In this document: piece after piece, positions 61,068-64,000 of the stretch
Layout of the letters: each line of letters starts with the position of its first letter
How positions within the stretch are numbered: position 1 is the first letter of the stretch
Source of the DNA: Burkholderiales bacterium
GTDB lineage: Bacteria > Pseudomonadota > Gammaproteobacteria > Burkholderiales > SG8-39
Assembly: GCA_035554435.1 (NCBI GenBank)
Contig: DATMJC010000044.1
Location: 30,624-94,623, forward strand
Length of the DNA: 64,000 bases
Direction: 5' to 3'
Translations under genes and position numbers: made by a program
Notes under the pieces: generated by a model
What the model was told of the DNA's origin: nothing
Database searches by the model: none
Seen by the model: the letters and a program-made list of their open reading frames with translations, nothing else

Positions 61068-61897
61068 GTGTTCGTGTTCTTGCGCTTGAACAGCGCTCCA
61101 ATCCCGGCGAGCGCGGCGACGACCAGCCCCGCCAGCAGCTTCTTCGCGGCGAGGAGGAACGCGACCAGCGCACCCCAGAAGCCTTTCTTGGCCGCCACCG
61201 CGGCGGCGCCGCCGACGATCAGCGCGCCGAGACCGTACGCCGCGACCTTGTCCCCGGACTTGAACTCGGAATAGCGCTCGCCGGGAACGTAGGCGAAGTC
61301 CTTGAGCGCGACCTTGAAGCGCAGCACGTCCGCCTCCAGGCTGTCCGGGTCGGAAACCAGGATCGCCCGCATCACGCCAGTGCGCCCAAGCAGGCGGCTC
61401 GAGTAATTCACGACGTAATGCCCGCGCGCGGTGCGCAGCCGCATGCCCCACTCGAGCCTGCGCGTGTCGGAATCGTAGAACGGCGCCACCTGCCACCCCT
61501 CGGTGTAGATCGCTTCCATGCCGAGGCGCTTGCGCTCCTCGTTCTCGGGGCCGTCCGAGCGCTTCAGCGTGGCGAGCAGCTGGTCGGGGTCGATCTTCTC
61601 GTCGTCCTTCACGTAGCCCGAGGCGTCGAACGCGAACACCGCGAACCAGTCGAGCGACTTCGGCGCGTAAAGATAGTGCCCGTCGCGAGGCGGGTTGCCG
61701 GTGAGCTCGAGGAAGCGGCTGGTGTTCCCCTCGTCGAGGAACACGTAGCCCTGCGGAACCGTGATGGTCGCCTTGTCGCCGATCCGGCCTTCGATCGGCC
61801 CGTTCTGCCAGGCGAGCTTCCTGATCTCGGCTTCCCGGTCGCCCTGCGCCCACGCCAGGAGCGGCCACATCAGCAGAACGATCAACGCGCGTCGCAT
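61064..61897 (-). CDS. DUF2167-like membrane-anchored periplasmic protein
   Basis: 277 aa with signal peptide ...LLAWAQ. ITVPQGYVFLDEGNTSRFLELTGNPP. The C-terminal double helix is Gly/Ala-rich. Confidence 0.7.
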   Translation of the reverse strand: MRRALIVLLMWPLLAWAQGDREAEIRKLAWQNGPIEGRIGDKATITVPQGYVFLDEGNTSRFLELTGNPPRDGHYLYAPKSLDWFAVFAFDASGYVKDDEKIDPDQLLATLKRSDGPENEERKRLGMEAIYTEGWQVAPFYDSDTRRLEWGMRLRTARGHYVVNYSSRLLGRTGVMRAILVSDPDSLEADVLRFKVALKDFAYVPGERYSEFKSGDKVAAYGLGALIVGGAAAVAAKKGFWGALVAFLLAAKKLLAGLVVAALAGIGALFKRKNTNT

Positions 61898-61906
61898 GAG
61901 GTCCCG

Positions 61907-62098
61907 CTACTTCGACTGTGCTTCGGGTCCCGCGCGGAACGACATGAACAGCATGACCGCGCCGACGAGCGCCATGCCGCCGGCGACCATCGGCGTGGCC
62001 TCGCCGAAGAAGCCGAGGATCCTGAACTGCATGCCGAACATCGGAAGAACGAAGGCTCCCACCCCTAGAACCAGCAGAAAGATCGCGGTGTTGCGCAT
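61907..62098 (-). CDS. Small two-helix membrane peptide
   Basis: 63 aa, MRNTAIFLLVLGVGAFVLPMFG...MVAGGMALVGAVMLFM. It lies 9 nt upstream of the DUF2167-like gene. Confidence 0.4.
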   Translation of the reverse strand: MRNTAIFLLVLGVGAFVLPMFGMQFRILGFFGEATPMVAGGMALVGAVMLFMSFRAGPEAQSK

Positions 62099-62356
62099 TG
62101 TTTTGCTCCCTTCAGAGGCGGCTATCTTGCCGCGGCGGAATCATATCTCCCGGGTACAAAAGCCCCTGCGCAGTAGTGCCTCGGGGCCGCGCGCAAGTGG
62201 GCCTCGCTGCCGAATCCGTCACTGGCGCGAGGCCAAGGCCTTATCTCCTGGTCCGAGCCTGAGAATTTTTGGTCCGCAGCGCAAACCGCCGCCGACCTGG
62301 CGTGCCAGAGCGCCGGCATTGCGGCAGTATGCGCAACCGATGGAGCCTCGCCAGCC

Positions 62357-63556
62357 CTGAGCCCCGCGCTCGCCCCCTTCGCCGTCCGCAGCTTCCGCTT
62401 CCAGTGGCCGGCGGACCTGGCGACCTCGATCGGCTTCGAGATGGAGGCGCTGATCCTCGGCTGGTACATCCTCACCGCGACCGGCTCGGTCGAGTGGCTC
62501 GTCGCCTTCGGCGCGCTGCAGTGGGCCGGCGCCGTGTTCGCGCCGTTTCTCGGCATGGCAGGCGACCGCATCGGCCTGCGGCGGCTCCTCTGCACCACGC
62601 GCGGCGGCTACGCGCTGCTCGCGGCGATCCTCACCGTCCTGATACTCACCGGGCTGCTCGAGCCCTGGCACGTGTTCGTCATCTACGGCATCGCCGGGCT
62701 CGCGCGCCCGTCCGACCAGGCGATCCGGAACGTGCTCATCGGCCACATCATGCGGCCGGAAGTCCTGATGGGCGCGATCGGCCTCTCGCGCACCACCGCC
62801 GACATGGCGAAGGTCGCCGGCGCCCTGGCCGGCGCGGGCGGCGTCGCCCTGATCGGCATGGGTCCGGCGTACCTGATCGTCACCGCGCTCTACGCTTCGG
62901 CATTCCTGCTTTCCCTCGGCGTAGCGCGCCCCCCGATCCACGCGGCGCACGCCAGCGCGCACGACGTGATCGGCGGCCTGAAAGAAGCCGCGCACTACAT
63001 CTGGGCCAAGCCCGATATCCTGGCCGCCTTCAGCATCACCTTTCTCGTCAACCTGCTCGCGTACCCGTTCGTCCTCGGCCTGCTGCCCTATGCGGCGAAG
63101 GAGGTCTACGACGTCGGCCAGTCGGGCCTCGGGTATCTCGCCGCCGCCTTTGCCGTCGGCGCGCTGGCCGGGTCGCTCGCCATCAGCACGAGCTCCCTGC
63201 CGCTCCCCGCCGGGCGCGTCATGCTCTGGAGCAGCGCCGTCTGGTTCGTCGCGATCGCGCTCTTCGGCCAGACCCGCTCGCTGCCTTTCGGCCTTGCGCT
63301 TCTCTTCGTCGCGGGCTTCGTGCAAAGCCTCTGCCTCGTTCCGGTCGCGGTGGTGATGCTGCGCGGCGCAGCCGAGCACATGCGCGGCCGCGTGATGGGC
63401 ATGCGCGTGCTCGCAGTCTGGGGATTGCCGCTCGGCCTTCTCGCGAGCGGGCCGGTCATCGACGGCCTCGGCTACACCGCGTGCACGGTCATCTACGCGA
63501 GCATCGGCCTCGCCGCAACGTTCGCCATCGGCCACCGCTTCTCTTTCGCGCGCTGA
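62357..63556 (+). CDS. MFS transporter (start uncertain; canonical ATG 62441 truncates TM1)
   Basis: The in-frame upstream sequence reads (L)SPALAPFAVRSFRFQWPADLATSIGFE, then MEALILGWYIL. There is no ATG/GTG/TTG in frame upstream. CTG is at 62357. Confidence 0.7.
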   Translation: MSPALAPFAVRSFRFQWPADLATSIGFEMEALILGWYILTATGSVEWLVAFGALQWAGAVFAPFLGMAGDRIGLRRLLCTTRGGYALLAAILTVLILTGLLEPWHVFVIYGIAGLARPSDQAIRNVLIGHIMRPEVLMGAIGLSRTTADMAKVAGALAGAGGVALIGMGPAYLIVTALYASAFLLSLGVARPPIHAAHASAHDVIGGLKEAAHYIWAKPDILAAFSITFLVNLLAYPFVLGLLPYAAKEVYDVGQSGLGYLAAAFAVGALAGSLAISTSSLPLPAGRVMLWSSAVWFVAIALFGQTRSLPFGLALLFVAGFVQSLCLVPVAVVMLRGAAEHMRGRVMGMRVLAVWGLPLGLLASGPVIDGLGYTACTVIYASIGLAATFAIGHRFSFAR

Positions 63557-63599
63557 GCAGCTCCTCGGGCGCCAGCGATTCCAGACCCAGCTCGCGGTA

Positions 63600-64000
63600 C
63601 TAGGCCGCCTCTCGTGCCGCGGCGCCGGGCCGCGCCACTTTCGCGTACGGGCTGAGCGGCAGCCACGACGCGAACTGGCGGATCATGCCCGGCATCCCGC
63701 TCACGCGGATCTTCTTCTGGCGCACCGCCTCCGCGAACGCGAGGTCGCCGAGCCACACCTTGGTCATCGCGGCCAGGTCGGCGTCGACATAGAGCTCGAC
63801 CTCGAAGCCCGGGTCGGTGACGCACACGTCGACCCCCGAGCGCTCGAGCAGCAGCCAGAATTTCCGGATGCCGCGATAGGACGCCGGCGCGCCGATGAAG
63901 TTGAAGTACACGACCAGGCGGCGCGCGGGCAGGCGCTCGGTTTCGACGCGGCGGCGAATGTTCCAGATCAGCACGCCCGCGTTCAGATTGTCCGGCTGCA
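63600..64000 (-). CDS. Partial CDS (5' end beyond window); SCP2-like C-terminal region of a probable winged-helix regulator (tentative)
   Basis: The frame stays open to the window edge (…QPDNLNAGVLIWNIRRRV…). YWLLLE-type and GFEVELYVDADLAAMTKVWLGDLAFAEAV resemble C-terminal extensions of HxlR-type regulators, as I recall them. Confidence 0.4.
   Translation of the reverse strand, partial: QPDNLNAGVLIWNIRRRVETERLPARRLVVYFNFIGAPASYRGIRKFWLLLERSGVDVCVTDPGFEVELYVDADLAAMTKVWLGDLAFAEAVRQKKIRVSGMPGMIRQFASWLPLSPYAKVARPGAAAREAA

Noticed and set aside
1-64000. Prophage, genomic island, integrative element, tRNA/rRNA genes, riboswitch-like leaders.
   Set aside because: I saw no integrase, recombinase, phage structural, conjugation or tRNA-like sequences on either strand. 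The base composition looks uniform apart from short intergenic stretches. I found no long structured leader that I could assign to a known riboswitch class by eye.

Overview
GC-rich chromosomal segment (third codon positions are almost all G/C). The gene content looks like a Burkholderiales-type betaproteobacterium, with four Bug/TctC receptors and one tctCBA set, but taxonomy cannot be proven from this window. I call about 75 protein-coding genes on both strands. They are tightly packed, with many 4-nt start/stop overlaps (ATGA, GTGA, TTGA) that suggest translational coupling. I found no rRNA, tRNA, CRISPR array, integrase, transposase or phage gene, so this reads as ordinary metabolic/envelope chromosome, not a mobile island.

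Recognisable content:
- SorAB-type sulfite dehydrogenase.
- M20 amidohydrolase.
- NitT/TauT-type ABC importer.
- A single-chain triple RidA.
- ECF42-type sigma factor with YciI/DGPF and VOC genes.
- tctC-tctB-tctA-tctC.
- An LpoB-like/YcfL-like/TPR lipoprotein trio.
- A ThDP enzyme.
- Two-subunit aconitase X plus an esterase.
- MgtC, a lipid kinase, a hybrid histidine kinase, ArsR+SRPBCC, a membrane patatin and several MFS transporters.

Non-coding content: two related families of about 23-nt palindromes (REP-like, with terminator-like geometry) occupy most of the longer intergenic gaps, and twice run into signal-peptide coding sequence.

Best candidates for undescribed systems:
1. An eight-gene periplasmic module at 31.0-38.2 kb, built around two beta-sandwich + CxxCH + propeller proteins.
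2. A five-gene membrane operon at 59.4-62.1 kb (DUF2167-like, J-like, M50 protease).
3. A DUF6502-like/DUF5666-like/OM-barrel operon at 2.1-4.9 kb. Its secreted protein shares an unusual (D/E)RPER repeat tail with the divergent neighbour.

All family names come from motif recognition by eye. No database search or computation was possible.
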